Shown here: positions 17,526 through 30,412 of the stretch, piece by piece
Layout of the letters: every line of letters begins with the position of its first letter
Position numbering within the stretch: position 1 is the stretch's first letter
Assembly: GCA_963749495.1 (NCBI GenBank)
Contig: CAVVMW010000015.1
Span: 256,001-320,000 of the forward strand
Length of the DNA: 64,000 nt
Direction of reading: 5' to 3'
Source: an uncultured bacterium
GTDB taxonomy: Bacteria > Verrucomicrobiota > Verrucomicrobiia > Limisphaerales > UBA8199
Notes under the pieces: generated by a model
What the model was told of the DNA's origin: nothing
The model's database searches: none
Seen by the model: the letters and a program-made list of their open reading frames with translations, nothing else
Program-made: the position numbers and the translations under genes

Positions 17526-20500
17526 ATGAAAAGAAAAAGCCTGTTCATGCTAGGACTCGTCTCTGTGTCCTCGCTTCTCCTCGCGGGTGCACCCAAGGCG
17601 GCCGCCGCCACCGTGATAAAGCCCGTTTTGGACTTCGAATTCAACGAAGGCAAGGGCCCCACAACCACCGACACCGTCGCTAAAATAGCTGGCCTCCTGG
17701 TGGGCCAAGCGCCTCCAGTGGTAATAACCACCAACTCACCGTCCGGCGCAGCCGGCGATAACGTCATTGGCTTCAACCTCGGACTTTATACGAACAACTC
17801 CTGCCTGGTTGTCGATGACAGCAACAGTCCGATCCTGGCCTTCGCCACCAACGCCCCCTTCACGATGGAGGCCTGGGTGAACCGGGAGGTCGGTGATACC
17901 AACACCTACGAGGGCATCGGCGGCTACGGTTTCTCTTACAAAATGGGCTTGGGCAATGATGGCGAGTTCGTGTTCACCCTGTTCGGCATTGTCGATCTCT
18001 ACAGCGGCTACAACCCACCGGCGGGCGAATGGCATCACTTGGCCGCGGCTTGGACGCCGGGCACAGGTGTGGCACTCTACCATGACGGGATACTCATCAC
18101 GAACCTCGCTGAGACCGGCGTCCCCAGGGCCTATCAGTTCAACACGCTGTCCATTGGCTCGGAACAACCCGGCCTGACGGCCTTCCACGGAATGATTGAT
18201 CGCTTCCGAATCAGTAAGGGTGCCTTGGCAGCCGCAGACCTGGATAGCGATCCCAAGAATCCCAAAGCCGCCACCACCAACACAGTCGTGGCCTACAGTT
18301 TCGACCAACCAGCGTACCCCTTCCCGAGTTCTGCGGCCACAGCCCAACCGGCCATCCCGTATGATCCCACTGGGCCCACATTCGTTGCCGATACACCTTC
18401 GGGCATGGCGGGTGATTACTCTATGAGCTTTACCAATGCTGGCACCAATCTCCAGCAGATCGTCGTCCCCGACCCCGCCACCGTGGTGCAACTGGACACG
18501 AATAATCCTTCCTTCACGATACAGGCCTGGGTCAAGCTCAGCGGCATGCACACTAACCGCGAGGTGCTCTTCTATGCCAACGGACCGGGTGGGGCCGTCT
18601 CCTTCTCGATATTCACCAACCGCACGGTCTTCGTCACCACCCTGGGTGTCAAAGACCAAGAATCCAACGCTGCCATCCCGGATGACGGCAAATGGCACCA
18701 TATCGCGGTCGTTCATCAAAACTTATCGAATTTCCTCTTCTACGTTGATGGCGCTCTTTCGGATACTCAGGCCTATACAGGGAGCGTCATTTTCACCCGG
18801 ACTAACCAGGTCTTCTATATCGGCTCTGAAAACACCGGCGGTTTGCAATACCTCGGCATGCTCGACCGGTTGAAAGTCACCAGCGGGATTTTGACACCCA
18901 GTCAATTGGACTACCACGCGGTCCCAGGGCCGCAAGTGCTCTTGGCTGGCGGCGTGGACAGTGGCGTCGGCGTTACCTTCGATCGCCCGGTGGATCCGGC
19001 CACGGCCACCAACACTGCCAACTACACGGTGACGGGCGCGACAGTAGAGGGTGCCACTCTCTTTGAAGGCAAATACGTGGCCCTGCAACTCGCGGGCATC
19101 CCCAGCGCTGGTTTCACCATAACCGTCAAAGGAGTCATAGACCTCGTCGGCAACGTCATCAACGGCACCGTGAGCGCGACTGGGCAACTTGGCGAATTGG
19201 CCTCCGCGGACATCGGCACCCCCGGTGTCGATCCGCTGCAGCCGGGCTTTGCCGCGGCTCTCGGCAATGATGGTTACCTGGTCGGCGGCGGCGGCAGCGA
19301 TATTTACGGCAACACAGACGGGTTCCACTTTCTCTATACACCGTTTAGCGGCGCGTTTGACGTCCGGGTCCGCGTGGAGTGGATGAACCCCATAGGCACC
19401 GGTGACGTATGGGCCAAGGCCGGCCTTATGGTGCGTGAGACGCTGGACGCCGGCAGCCCTAATGTGCATGTCCACGCCACCCGGAGCGACGGCGAGAACG
19501 GCGTTTATATGACTTGGCGCGATGTGGCCAACAATGCAACCACCAGCAGCGCCGCCTTGGAAACGCCAGAGCCTTATCCGAACACATGGCTCCGCCTGGT
19601 GCGCCCCAGCCCGACCGCCAACGTGTTCAACTCGGTACTATAGCACTGACGGCGGGAACTGGGTCTTTGCTGGCTCCCACACCAACCCGGGCACGCTGAT
19701 CCAGGGCACGGTCTATGTGGGGATGGACGTGACCGAGCATAACAACACCGCCACTGTGCCGCTCGGCTTGGCCGTCTTCCAGCAGTTTTCCCTCGCTCCT
19801 TATCCGCCGGTGGTGTCGGCGGCGCGGACCTACGGCCTCGGCTTCAAACTTGGCGCCGATGCTGGCACCACGGCGACGACGAAGATGCAGCCGGGTGATG
19901 TCGCCGGCGTTTCCGGCGTGGCGCAGGCGAATTGGAACAATCTCAACGGCGCCGCTGGGACCAACGTGACCAAGTTCGTGGGCGACCTCGCTGACGACAC
20001 CGCCACCAATACCAGCGTGGTGGTCAACTACACTGCCAACGGCACATGGGCCTCAACCGGCGAAGGCGAAGAGAATAACCAGTTCCCGCCCGGCCCTGAC
20101 CGCGCGCTGATGGCGGGCTACCTGGACACCGGCGCTGCGACCACCACGAGCGTCACCATCTCCAACCTGCCGCCGCAACTGACCGGCGGTGGTTATGACT
20201 TGTACATCTATTTCACGGGCGGCACGGACAATGACCGCTACGGTGGTTATCGGGTCCTGGATGCCGCCACCAAGGCCGTCCTCAAGGACTATGTTGAGCT
20301 GGCCTGCAGCAGCAATGCCTCCAGTTTCATCGAGGCCCCTGCCGGCACGAACAAGCCTCCTCTCGCCAAGGGCAATTACTTCGTGTTCAGCGGGTTGACC
20401 GCAACCAACATCGCCATTGAGGCCACCACCGCCAACGGGTATGGCGGCGGCGGCACTCCGCGTGCACCGCTCAATGCCGTCCAATTCGTCGCTCCGACGA

Positions 20501-23121
20501 GCACCGTGCCTCCGCCGGCAGTTCCGGGCGAGCTGGGTCAAACGATCAATGGCTTCCAGGATGACTTCAGCGGTCCCGTGCGTGATCCGAACTGGATCGC
20601 CGTAGGGCCCGGTGGCGACCAGTACCAGCAATTGAACGGGGTGCTGCACGTCACCACCCTGTCGGGTGACCCGAACCATCTGATTTACGTGGGCCCTGGC
20701 GGCAGCAATACCACGCAAGAAGTCCTCGCGCGCCTTCGCGTGATCAACTTCGGCACCGGTGACCCGTCGCGCGGTGGCATTGCCACCTGCGTGATCACAA
20801 ACGTACCGGGGCATACTCCTGTTACTGACTGGATGGGGTTGAACCTGAACCTCCGGAACAACTCGGAGGGCACACCGGCCACCTACTTGCACTTCAGGAT
20901 GCTGGATGATCTCCGCGCTTGGGGGCCGCAAACCAGCTACGGTTGGACCAAGAACACCTGGTACTGGCTGCGCCTGAGGACCGATCCCTCCAAACCCGAT
21001 GGCACGAACATCGTCTTTGCCAAGACCTGGCTGGCCGATGGCCAGACGCCTGAACAACCCGGTTGGGACATCGCCTGGTCCAGTCCGCCGACCCCGCTGC
21101 ACGGCGGGTATGCTGGCATCACGGGCACCAGCGCCGGTGGGTTGTCCGAATTCGAGGTTAGCTACGTCCTGATCAAGTGCGCCAGTCTGCCGAAGATCAC
21201 GGTGAACTTCAGCGTCGCTCCGCTGCCGAACGCTTATGTGCGATCGGTTTCACCGGCGATGGGTGCCACCTCCGTCGATCCCAATGCCGAGGTCCAAGCG
21301 GTAATTGTTGATGGCGCGCATCCGATCGATCCGAAGTCGTTCACGATGATGCTCAACAACGCGCCTGTGGCTGTTAACGTGAGCAAGGTGGCGGATGTCG
21401 CCACCGTAACTTATGTTCCCGACGGCATTTACGCGCCCAATAACACGATCAACGTGACGCTGGGCTATGTCGAGAACGGCGAAGCGATGAGTGCCCAATG
21501 GTCATTCTCGGTGGCCCCGTACACCAAGGACTTGCTCCATGGATACGTCGGCGCGATCAAGGGACCTGCCTTCTTCAGCCCGAATGGTGGCGGCCATACT
21601 GGCAAGCCGGGTGATTACGCCATCAACTTCGGTGAAACCGGCTCGGGCACCTCGGTGCACGTCGCCGATGGCAGTTTCCTGAACGTGGCCGCCGCAAGCG
21701 ACGTCATGAGCATGTCCTTCTGGGTTAAGCGGATCTCGACGAACGATGTTACCACGGGTTCGTCCGCCTTCTGGGCCGTGTCGCCTTCGAGTGGCGGCTC
21801 ACGCGGTTACCAGGCCCATACCCCGTGGAGCGACAAGAACATCTACTTCGACACTGCGGGTTGCTGCGATGGCAAATTGGAGCGCATTAACTCCAGTATC
21901 ACGAACTTCGCCGCTTACAACGCTGTCGGCAACGACGGCTTCTGGACGAACTGGCATAACTTCGTGTTCGTGAAGGACACTACCAATAAATTCATCTATA
22001 TCGATGGCACCCTGTTCCTCAAGGGCACAAACACCGCCGCTCTGCCGCAAGACTTCACCGATCTGTATATGGGAGCGGATTACACCGGCGTGGCTAATAA
22101 CATGAAAGGCCTCATCGATGACTTCGCCATCTATTCCAGCGCCGTGAGCGCCGAGGATGCCGCCCTGCTCTTCAGCGGGACGCCGCCGACCGCCCTGGCG
22201 GGTGACACCCTCCTGGCCTACTGGGACTTCGACGATGCCGCCGTGTCGTCCCTCCGCTCCTACAGCATCGGCCTGCACTTCGGCGCCGATGAACCCAACG
22301 GGGCTAATGGCAGCATAGTGGCTTCCAACGCCATCGCCGGTGTGCCGAGCGTGATGCAGGCCAACTGGAACAACCTCAAACTTGCTAGTGGCACGAATGT
22401 CGTCAACATCGTCGCCGATAACCTTGACAATACTTCCTCAACCACGTTGGTGAGTGTGAGCTACTCCGCAGCCAACACTTGGGCCTCGATGGGTCGGAGC
22501 GAGGCGAATAATGCGTTCCCGCCTGGCCCTGACCAGGAACTCATGCTCGGTTACTTGGACACGGCCTCTGCCGGCACGACTACGGTGACCATCTCCAACC
22601 TGCCGCCCATCCTGACCGCCAACGGCTATTCAGTCTATGTTTATGCCTTGGGTGGTGTGGATAGCGGCAGGTCAGGCGGCTATCGTATCCTAGATGCCGG
22701 CACCGGGGCGGTTCTCAAGGATTACGTGTTCGCCACGGGAACGAGCAACGCCGTGGGCTACGTTCAAGCCCCGGTCAGCGTCAACCCGGCTGCACCGGGA
22801 GTCGGTAACTATATCGTCTTCAGCGGTTTAACCGCGTCGAACATCACAATTCAGGCCACCACTGACCACGGCCTTGGCGGCAGCGGGACCCCGCGTGCGC
22901 CGATAAACGCCATCCAGCTCGTGGCGCCGCCAGCCTTCTTCGGTCCACCAGCGGACCTCGCGGTTAGCATCTCCGTGGCCCCGACTGGTCTGATGATCAG
23001 GTTCACCGGCACGCTCCAGTCCGCCGATCAGGTAAAAGGGCCGTGGACCGATGTGCCGGGCACCAGCCCGCTCACCATCACACCGAGCGCCGGCATGAAA
23101 TTCTACCGTTCCAGAAATTAG
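17526..23121 (+). CDS. Giant secreted LamG/concanavalin multidomain protein (one frameshift near 19635)
   Basis: Signal peptide and LamG domains (FTMEAWV, WHHLAA, GMIDRFRIS). ORFs 17526..19643 and 19522..23121 join as NVFNS/YYSTDG. Ends ...MKFYRSRN. Confidence 0.85.
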
Positions 23122-23145
23122 TTAGCTGGCGCGCGACTTGAGTGC

Positions 23146-23180
23146 AGAGGCCGGACAGATGTCCGGCCTCTTTTGTTTCT
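23146..23180 (+). terminator. Rho-independent terminator
   Basis: AGAGGCCGGAC-AGAT-GTCCGGCCTCT followed by TTTGTTTCT, 25 nt after the stop. Confidence 0.9.
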
Positions 23181-23354
23181 TTAGGCATTAGTTGCCCCAC
23201 TCGCCGTTCAACAGAGGGCCGATTCCTGCCATCCAGCGGGCCGGTGATCGGATCGGAGAGCCGGGGTCAGCCCCTGAGGGCGGCGCGTGTGCGCTTTGCC
23301 AACTCATTGTCGGGTGCATCGGACCCTTTCAAGTGAAAGGCGCTGGCAGCCAGG

Positions 23355-23460
23355 CAACGCTCACGCTCAGTCCGACGCTCTCGGCGGGCACGCCCTGAAA
23401 GACAAACGAACCGCCGGCGCCCAAGTTCACATTCGGCAGCGTGTCCCAGGCGTCCCGGGC
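23355..23460 (-). pseudogene. Fragment of a carboxypeptidase-regulatory-like domain gene
   Basis: DAWDTLPNVNLGAGGSFVFQGVPAESVGLSV; nucleotide match to 55215-55275. Confidence 0.5.
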
Positions 23461-23869
23461 GGCCGAGCATGGCGCGCGGCCCTCATTATCGGTGCCACAG
23501 TCGGCTTAGCGAACCCGCTCATGGCGGGCGCTCTGCCGCCGGCTCAAAGCACGCCGGATCAAGCGGGCGGTGGGAGAGGTTATTGCAGGCAAACGCGGCG
23601 TGGCCAATGCGGCCTGGTGGGGATTTGAGAAAACGGACTCGACAGGGCCTCTTGAGGCAGCGATGCGTTCTGCCCGACCACCCGCATCGCTGGGTGCTGG
23701 ACCTTCCCCAATCACGCATCCTTGGCGGCTCCTCTAAGTGCCGCGTCAGGATTTCGTGAATGCCAGTGGCCGTATCAGGGACTATCGCATTAACGTGAGC
23801 GACCGCCTCGTGACTTCGGAGTGAAGAAGCACGCATCTGTCGCAGGTTGATGCCTCGGATTGGAGGGGG

Positions 23870-24085
23870 CCGCCAGCGTGCGCCTGCCGGAACCCGCCGG
23901 ACCCAACATTAGCAGATTGTGGCCGCCGGCGGCGGCAATCTCCATCGCCCGCTTGACATTCTCCCGGGCCGGAATTGATGAGCGCGGTCATGACCCGGTC
24001 ACGGGATTCTTTGACGGCGGCATCGGGAAGGCCGACAATCACGATAATCGTGTCCCCATATTCGGCATTGACCTCTGCTTCCAGC
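23870..24085 (-). pseudogene. comM: YifB/ComM ATPase remnant with a large internal deletion
   Basis: IVGLPDAAVKESRDRVMTALINSG joined directly to ENVKRAMEIAAAGGHNLLMLGPAGSG. Confidence 0.75.
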
Positions 24086-24147
24086 CGGCGCCGACCGGCA
24101 TGACTGCAACGAGGAGCGCCAAGGGGCCGACGAGCCGCCGCAGCGGT

Positions 24148-25873
24148 TCACCTGGGATGGGGATTGGACATCTGTTCCAGCTTGTTAACGGCGGCTTTTT
24201 GTTCGGGCGTGTCGAGGTAAGGCAGCAGATCGGAAGGTTTTGGTGGCCATTGTCCGTTGTGGGCTTCAGCGTAGGCCTTGAGGGCCGGGGCAATTATCTG
24301 GGCTTCAGGCGGCGGAGGTTCGGCTTCATTGAGGTACTTCTGGACGGTGGCGGCGTCGATGGGGCTCTTGAGATAGGGCATGAGCTGTGATGGATCAGCA
24401 GGCAACTGACCGTAGTTATCGCGAGCGAAGTCGCCGATCGCGCCTCCGACGACCGCCCTGACCTTGTTGACCCCGCCCCCGCCGCCCCCGTTCATGGACA
24501 TGAACTGGTCGGAGTCGTATTCGTCATCCACCATGACGGCTTTTTCTGACGAGGGTCTTTGACGGATCAACTTGTCCGGTTTGGACCAGCTCATAGCGTT
24601 GCAGCATGGCATCGGTAACGGGTATGTCAAAGTAAGGTTTGAGTTCCAAAAGACTGGCCGGCAGGAGGCCGTTGTTGGCCGCGGTGTATTTTTGGAGGGC
24701 GATGCGCATCAGCGCCAGGAACTTGCCCACAGCTTCATCGCGCAGTTGGCGGAAGGCCATGCGGGCCCCATCATCGGTGGCGAGGGCGGCGTCGGCCCAG
24801 GCCTGCGCGCTGAGCAAGTCGAGCTCGGGGATGCTCTTGTCGGGCATCTGTTGGAGCTTCTGCTTGAGCCAGGCAACGCGCGCGGCGGGCAAGTCGCCCT
24901 TTTCACCGCGCAAGCGCGCGACCTCGGCGCGGAGTTTCGCCAATTCCGAGGGCCCGTTTGCATTCAGGGCGGCCTGATTGGAGAGGGCAGCCAGGCGGCC
25001 CTGCGCCTCGTCGCGCTCGCGCTGCAGTTGCCTCATGTTTTCGGTTAGCGCCGCTTGCTCTTGCAGAGAGGTTTGGAGGCGGTCGCGCAGTGTAGAAAGC
25101 TGGCGCGCCTGGTAAACCGCGGTGCCGGCGGCGGCCACGAGCGCGGCAGTGACGAGTGTCTTTTGGAAGGTTGTCATGACAATGGTTTTGGCGGCGGTCA
25201 TCAGGGTTGGCGCCGACAAAGTGGTTCCGGCCAGAGCGGCTGCGGCGGAGATGCTGCCGGCAAGCCCGGCAGGGGCGGCTTGGGCGGCCCCGATGGTGAG
25301 GGCGGCGGTCAGCGCGCCCGCTCCGACAGCGATGCCGCGCTTGGCGAAAAACTGCCGCAGTCGTTCGATAGACCTGGAGACCCGCTTTTGCGCAGCCTCT
25401 TCGGTAGTGCCCAGGGCTTGCGCAATTTCGCGCGCGGTTTTGTGTTGGAAGTAGCGCAGGAGGAGCGCGTCACGGTCCGGCTCACTTAGCGTCCCAATTG
25501 CGGCATCAAGATGGGGCAGGATCTTTTCCCAGATGCTTTCGGGCTCGCTTGAGAGTATGTCGTTCATGATGGCGCCCTCCTGCTCATAGGCGCGACGCCG
25601 CGCGTCGGATCGGACGGCATTGGCCGCGAGGTTTCGCGTCGTGCTATACAACCATCCCGTCAACGCAGGACGGTCCAGGAGCCGGGGCGCGCTCCTGGCC
25701 AGCGCCATGAACACGCCCTGCGCCACATCCTGCGCCAATTGCTCTTCCCGCACGATCCGCAAGCCGGCGCAATACACGAGGTCAACGTGCCGTCGCACCA
25801 GCTCGGCAAATGCCGCCTCCGACCCGTGCTCCGCGTAATCTCGCAAGAGCTGGCTGTCCGTCGCGTCGCTCAT
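24148..25873 (-). CDS. ECF sigma-70 factor with TM segment and long C-terminal extension (frameshift near 24530)
   Basis: SEAAFAELVRRH..AQDVAQGVF (region 2), LLLRYFQ..EIAQALG (region 4), Ala-rich linker, TM segment and coiled coil. Confidence 0.85.
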
Positions 25874-26095
25874 CCTCTAAGTAGTAACCGCTCGTTTCGA
25901 AAACGGACAGAAAAAGCGATGCGAGGCGTATCGCCTTGAACGAGGAACGCGCGGACGAGGCGTCCGCGCTCCTATCCGACGGCTTTTCGGGCCGCCCGAA
26001 CAGTCGGGTCATTTCAACGCGATTCCAGGACGAGCAACCAGTCACCTGAACTTTTCTGTCCCGAATTTGGCCCGGTGGGGATAGTATTTTATGAA

Positions 26096-26290
26096 GTGAA
26101 TGATTGGCCGGACATGCAACGCTTGCGGGAGTATGCCGAGCATGGCATCGAGGAAGCCTTCACGGTCCTGGTGCGGCGGCATGTGGCGATGGTGTACCAC
26201 GCGGCCTTTCGCCAAATCCGGAATGCGGAATTGGCGGAAGAAGTAGTCCAGACCGTGTTCACACTCCTGGCTCGGAAGGCGGGCCGCATT
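26096..26290 (+). pseudogene. ECF sigma factor, region-2 fragment
   Basis: DMQRLREYAEHGIEEAFTVLVRRHVAMVY...AEEVVQTVFTLLARKA, then abrupt loss of homology. Confidence 0.75.
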
Positions 26291-26470
26291 TCCGGGAGGC
26301 GTTGTTTGTCGAATCCCGGCACCAGGTATCCCGACCAGGCGGCCAGCATCCCTGCGCCCATCACCTTCATGGCCACGATGCCCATGCCCAGCTCATGGGC
26401 TTTGGCCACGCAGGCATCGCGCAGGGTGATCATGCGCGCGGTCCAGATCTGATCGTAACCCCGGGGGATA
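26290..26470 (-). pseudogene. Aldo/keto reductase fragment
   Basis: AHELGMGIVAMKVMGAG motif. Confidence 0.55.
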
Positions 26471-26474
26471 TAGG

Positions 26475-26885
26475 AGCGTAAGGTGATTTCGCAGCGTGTA
26501 GCCGTTGTGGCGCAAGCCTTCAGGGGAATAGTCGCTCACCCAGGGCGCGGGATTGGACGGATGGACTCCGTCGCGGGCAATCAGGGTGGGCACTTGATAT
26601 TCGTCGCCCGGGCTGTCCTTGAACTGGGGCAGTGAGCCGTCCCAGTCCTCGGGGCGGCGCTGCAGGATTTCCGCCGAGTAGTCCAGCAGCGGGATTTTCA
26701 GTTTGCGGGCCAGACCCCGCGCCACTTCGGCAAACCGCCTGGACTTCGCGAGTTGCCCGCTGCGCGGGGGCATGGTGGTGAGCAGCACAATCGTTCCGTT
26801 GGCCAGGCAGCGCTGGATGACTTCACGGGTCTTGGCCTCGTATTCGGAGGCGTCCATCTGGCCCACGTCGTTGCTCCCAAAAGGA
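26475..26885 (-). pseudogene. SGNH/GDSL hydrolase fragment
   Basis: FGSND (block III) and DGVHP (block V); block I is missing. Confidence 0.65.
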
Positions 26886-26953
26886 CCAGGCAACATGGAT
26901 TTCATTTTACAAACAGCATTGACCTGCTGTCAGTTCTATAAAATGCTGACGGC

Positions 26954-29293
26954 ATGAAACTCATCCGGCTGCTCTCGAACCTCCGCCAATATGCGCTTCC
27001 GGTGGCAGCAGTTGCCGTTTGCGCGGCCGGGCATGCCGGGCTTGCGGCAACAATGTCCCTGGATGTTTCCACGGCCAGGCTGGTAACGGGTCCCAAAGCC
27101 AATGCCGCGCTCGAATTCGCGGATGGCCCTCGCTGGCCGGTATCCGATCGCCCAGCCATGGCCCTGGAAGCCACTGGGGCCATGCAGCCGGCCGAGTCTG
27201 CTGAGCTTTCCGGCGACACGCTGGCGGTGCGTTTTGCCGATGGAGCCGAGCCGAGTTCCAGGTGACCCGCGGCCACGGGTTCGCGGTGTTTCGCCTGGCG
27301 CGGCTCGAGGCGCGGCAACCGGTCACGCGTTTCCGGTTGTTCCAGCTCGCCGCCCCTCTCCAAGCCCGGTCTTGTGGCACAATAAATGGCGCGGCGCTGG
27401 ACGGCAATTTTGCCGCTGTCATGGCCGTCAAACCCAATGTCCACGCTTTCAATGAGCAAGCGGGCGGCGAACGCGCGGACCGGGCTGGATGCAGCCATGA
27501 GTTTGTCCAGGTCATGAACCTTTGCGTGGAGACCGAAAAAGCCCACGGCCTCGAACCGGCGGCCTTCGGCGTAATCGCCTGCCGCGAGGCGGATTTCCTC
27601 GACACCGTAGCGCGCTTCGAAGCGACCGCCGGCCTGCCCAGCCCCAAGCCCGGCGGTGTCTGGAACAAGCAATCACCCTGGGTCAAGCGCTCGTACCTCT
27701 TCCTCACCGATTTCCGCGAGTCCCAGTTTGATCAAGCTTTGGCCCTGGCGCGCCGCGGCGGCTTCCACATGATCCTCTTGGGCCAGGAATCCTGGGCCCG
27801 CGGCACGGGGCATTACGAGATCGACCGGGACCGGTTCCCTGACGGTTTGGAGGGTTTAAAACGGACCATCGGCCGCTTCAAGGACGCCGGCTTCCGGGTT
27901 GGGCTGCATTTTCTGGGGCCATCCATTTACCCGCCCGATCCGTACCTCACGCCCGTACCGGACCCGCGCCTGGTCAAGGGCGCCGCCGCCACGCTCGCAG
28001 CCGGCGTAAACGCCACTACCAACTTCCTGCCCCTGACTACGGCGCCGGCCAACTTTCCCGCCGAGGACGGCGGCTACGAGGGTCAAGGGACCGTGCTCCA
28101 ACTCGGCGAGGAGTTGATCCAGTACAAGTCCCCTTCACGCCAGCCGCCCTTTGGCTTTCTCGAATGCCATCGCGGTTACCTCGGCACGCACCCCGCCCCG
28201 CACCCAAAAGGCGAGACCGTTCGCCACCTCGTCCGCGCCTACGGCTACCACATGTTCGATATGGACACCCCACTCCTCGACGAAGTGGCCACGCATTTCG
28301 CCCGCGTCGCCAACACCTGCGGCATCGACATGATTTACTTCGACGGCTCCGAACAGTTACAGGGGGAGCACTGGTTCTACAATGCCCGCCTCCACCAGGC
28401 CTTCTACGACAAGCTCACCAATAAAGACGTGCTCCTCCAGGCCAGCAGCTTCAGCCATTACTCCTGGCACCTGCTCGCCCGCAGCGCCTCTGCCGATGGC
28501 CACGGCGACCTCAAAGGCTATCTCGACCAGCGCTCGGGCTGGTTTAATTCGTTCGCGCGCGACTGGATGCCCCTGGACATCGGCTGGTATTACGGCTATG
28601 ACCCCACCGCCACTCCCGACATGTTCGAGTATGTCCTGGGCGCCACTCTCGGCTACGACTCCTCCATGTCCTTCCAGGTCTCCTGCAAAGCCGCCGCGGC
28701 CCATCCCTTTACCGGCGCCATCCTGGACCTCATCGCCCGCTACGAGCAATTGCGCCTCTCAGGCCAGGTCCCCGAATCCATCAAGGCCCGCCTGCGCATC
28801 GATCCCACCCTCACCGCCATCAAGCCCGGTGAAGCCCAGCCCGCCCTGGTGGAACAGCGCCGCGAATACCGCCTCCTCGAAGAAAACGGCAGGCCCTATT
28901 TCCAACGCGTCCTCTATCGAGCCCTGGCACGAAATCAACCCCGCCCAGACGAACTCCGCCACTTGGCGAGTCCACGTCAAAGATGCCCCAGCCCGCATCG
29001 GCGTCCAACTCCACGCCCCTGCCGGCGCGGAGATCGTTGACCCCTGCATCGAACTCGCCGGCCACCGCCTCGGCTGGCAGGGTAAGTTGGCCCAAGGCCA
29101 GTTTCTCTTCTTCTGGCCCGGTGAACCTGTCACTCGCTACAGTCCACAGCAGAATCCCAGCCCAGGCCCCATCGCGCCCTCCATCACCCTGCCGCCCGGC
29201 GAGTATTCCGCCACGTTCGGCTCGCGCGAACCGCTCAAGGCTCCCGTGCGCGTGCGGCTCACCCTCCAACCGCCGGAGCGCATGGACCTCTGA
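26954..29293 (+). CDS. Secreted putative glycoside hydrolase (TIM-barrel-like), frameshifts near 27255 and 28915
   Basis: Signal peptide, FPDGLEGLKR..GFRVGLHF and GIDMIYFDGSE; three consecutive ORFs. Confidence 0.55.
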
Positions 29294-29415
29294 TTTTCGA
29301 CTGAACGGCTCCTGGGCAGCTTCAAATGCGTGTGTGATAATCCAGAGTCTGTTGGACAGACATTTTCGTGACGTCAAAATGAAAAGGAACCCTGCCTTCT
29401 GCGTTGCCTCCGCAC

Positions 29416-30243
29416 TCAATCCAGACCGAGCAGTCGGCGGACATTGCCTCCAAGGACCAAGGCTTCCTTTTCCGGGGGCAGCTTCAACAGCCGGACCTTC
29501 TGCAGCTCAACCCGCGCATCCACCAGCGGGCCGTCTGATCCAAAGAGCAGTTTCTCGGCTGGCAGCTCCTGCGCGGCTTGTTCCAGGTACTGAGTGAATA
29601 CCACGGACGAAGTGTCCAGATGGAGGTTGGGAAGGCGCTGCGCGGCCCGGATGGCCCGCACATGCTCACGCCACTCGTGAGAGGCAAAACTCCCCAGGTG
29701 CGCCAGGATAAATGGAACCTGCGGATTAGCCTGGACGACTTCCAGGGCCTCATTGACGGTTGGCGGATGGAACAGGATGGGCAGCTTCAGTTCCCTCGCC
29801 GCGTCAACCATTTCCTGGCTGGGCACCCCGTGCAGTTTCAATCCCCTCAGGCCGAGGTCACGCACCTCGTGGCGCAGCAAGCCGCCAATCCTTCCCGCCT
29901 CGGTCTTGGCATCGTGCTTGGCAAAGCCGATGAACTTTGTGGGCCACCGCCGCACATACTCCGCAATCTCCTGATTGGCTTGTTCGTAGGTGACGTTGTT
30001 GATGGGGAAAATCACTGTCCGGTGTATGCCCGCCTCCTCCATTCGGCGCAGTGTCCATTGCGGGTCATTATAGGTCGTCCAGGGATCGCCCTCCTCCTTG
30101 CCATAATTCAGGCCCCTGCCCGCGTGGCAGTGTGTGTCAATCACCTCGGCACGCCCTGACGCAAGGGGAGCGGCGGCAACTGCGCTGAACGTCCGGGCCA
30201 CGCCCGCCAGCAACCCAGCCTTCACGAAATCACGCCGGTTCAT
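29416..30243 (-). CDS. Tat-exported amidohydrolase family protein
   Basis: MNRRDFVK signal, IDTHCH, GLKLH, ILAHLG and LLFGSD motifs. Confidence 0.9.
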   Translation of the reverse strand: MNRRDFVKAGLLAGVARTFSAVAAAPLASGRAEVIDTHCHAGRGLNYGKEEGDPWTTYNDPQWTLRRMEEAGIHRTVIFPINNVTYEQANQEIAEYVRRWPTKFIGFAKHDAKTEAGRIGGLLRHEVRDLGLRGLKLHGVPSQEMVDAARELKLPILFHPPTVNEALEVVQANPQVPFILAHLGSFASHEWREHVRAIRAAQRLPNLHLDTSSVVFTQYLEQAAQELPAEKLLFGSDGPLVDARVELQKVRLLKLPPEKEALVLGGNVRRLLGLD

Positions 30244-30412
30244 CGAATCATCCTTTCCTTTGAGGGTTACATGGTCTCGATTTTAGCCTTCTACCTCTCG
30301 CACCACCAGCTCGTGACGAAACATCGCAGATTTGCAGAGGGTTTCATAGTGAGGGTAGGGTAGGCCGTTCTCACAAGCCGCTCAAGGCCAAACGGCGCAG
30401 TGTGCAGCATTG

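Noticed and set aside
30354..30410. GTAG-type REP-like sequence
   Set aside because: Degenerate, single copy in the window and without a clean partner arm.
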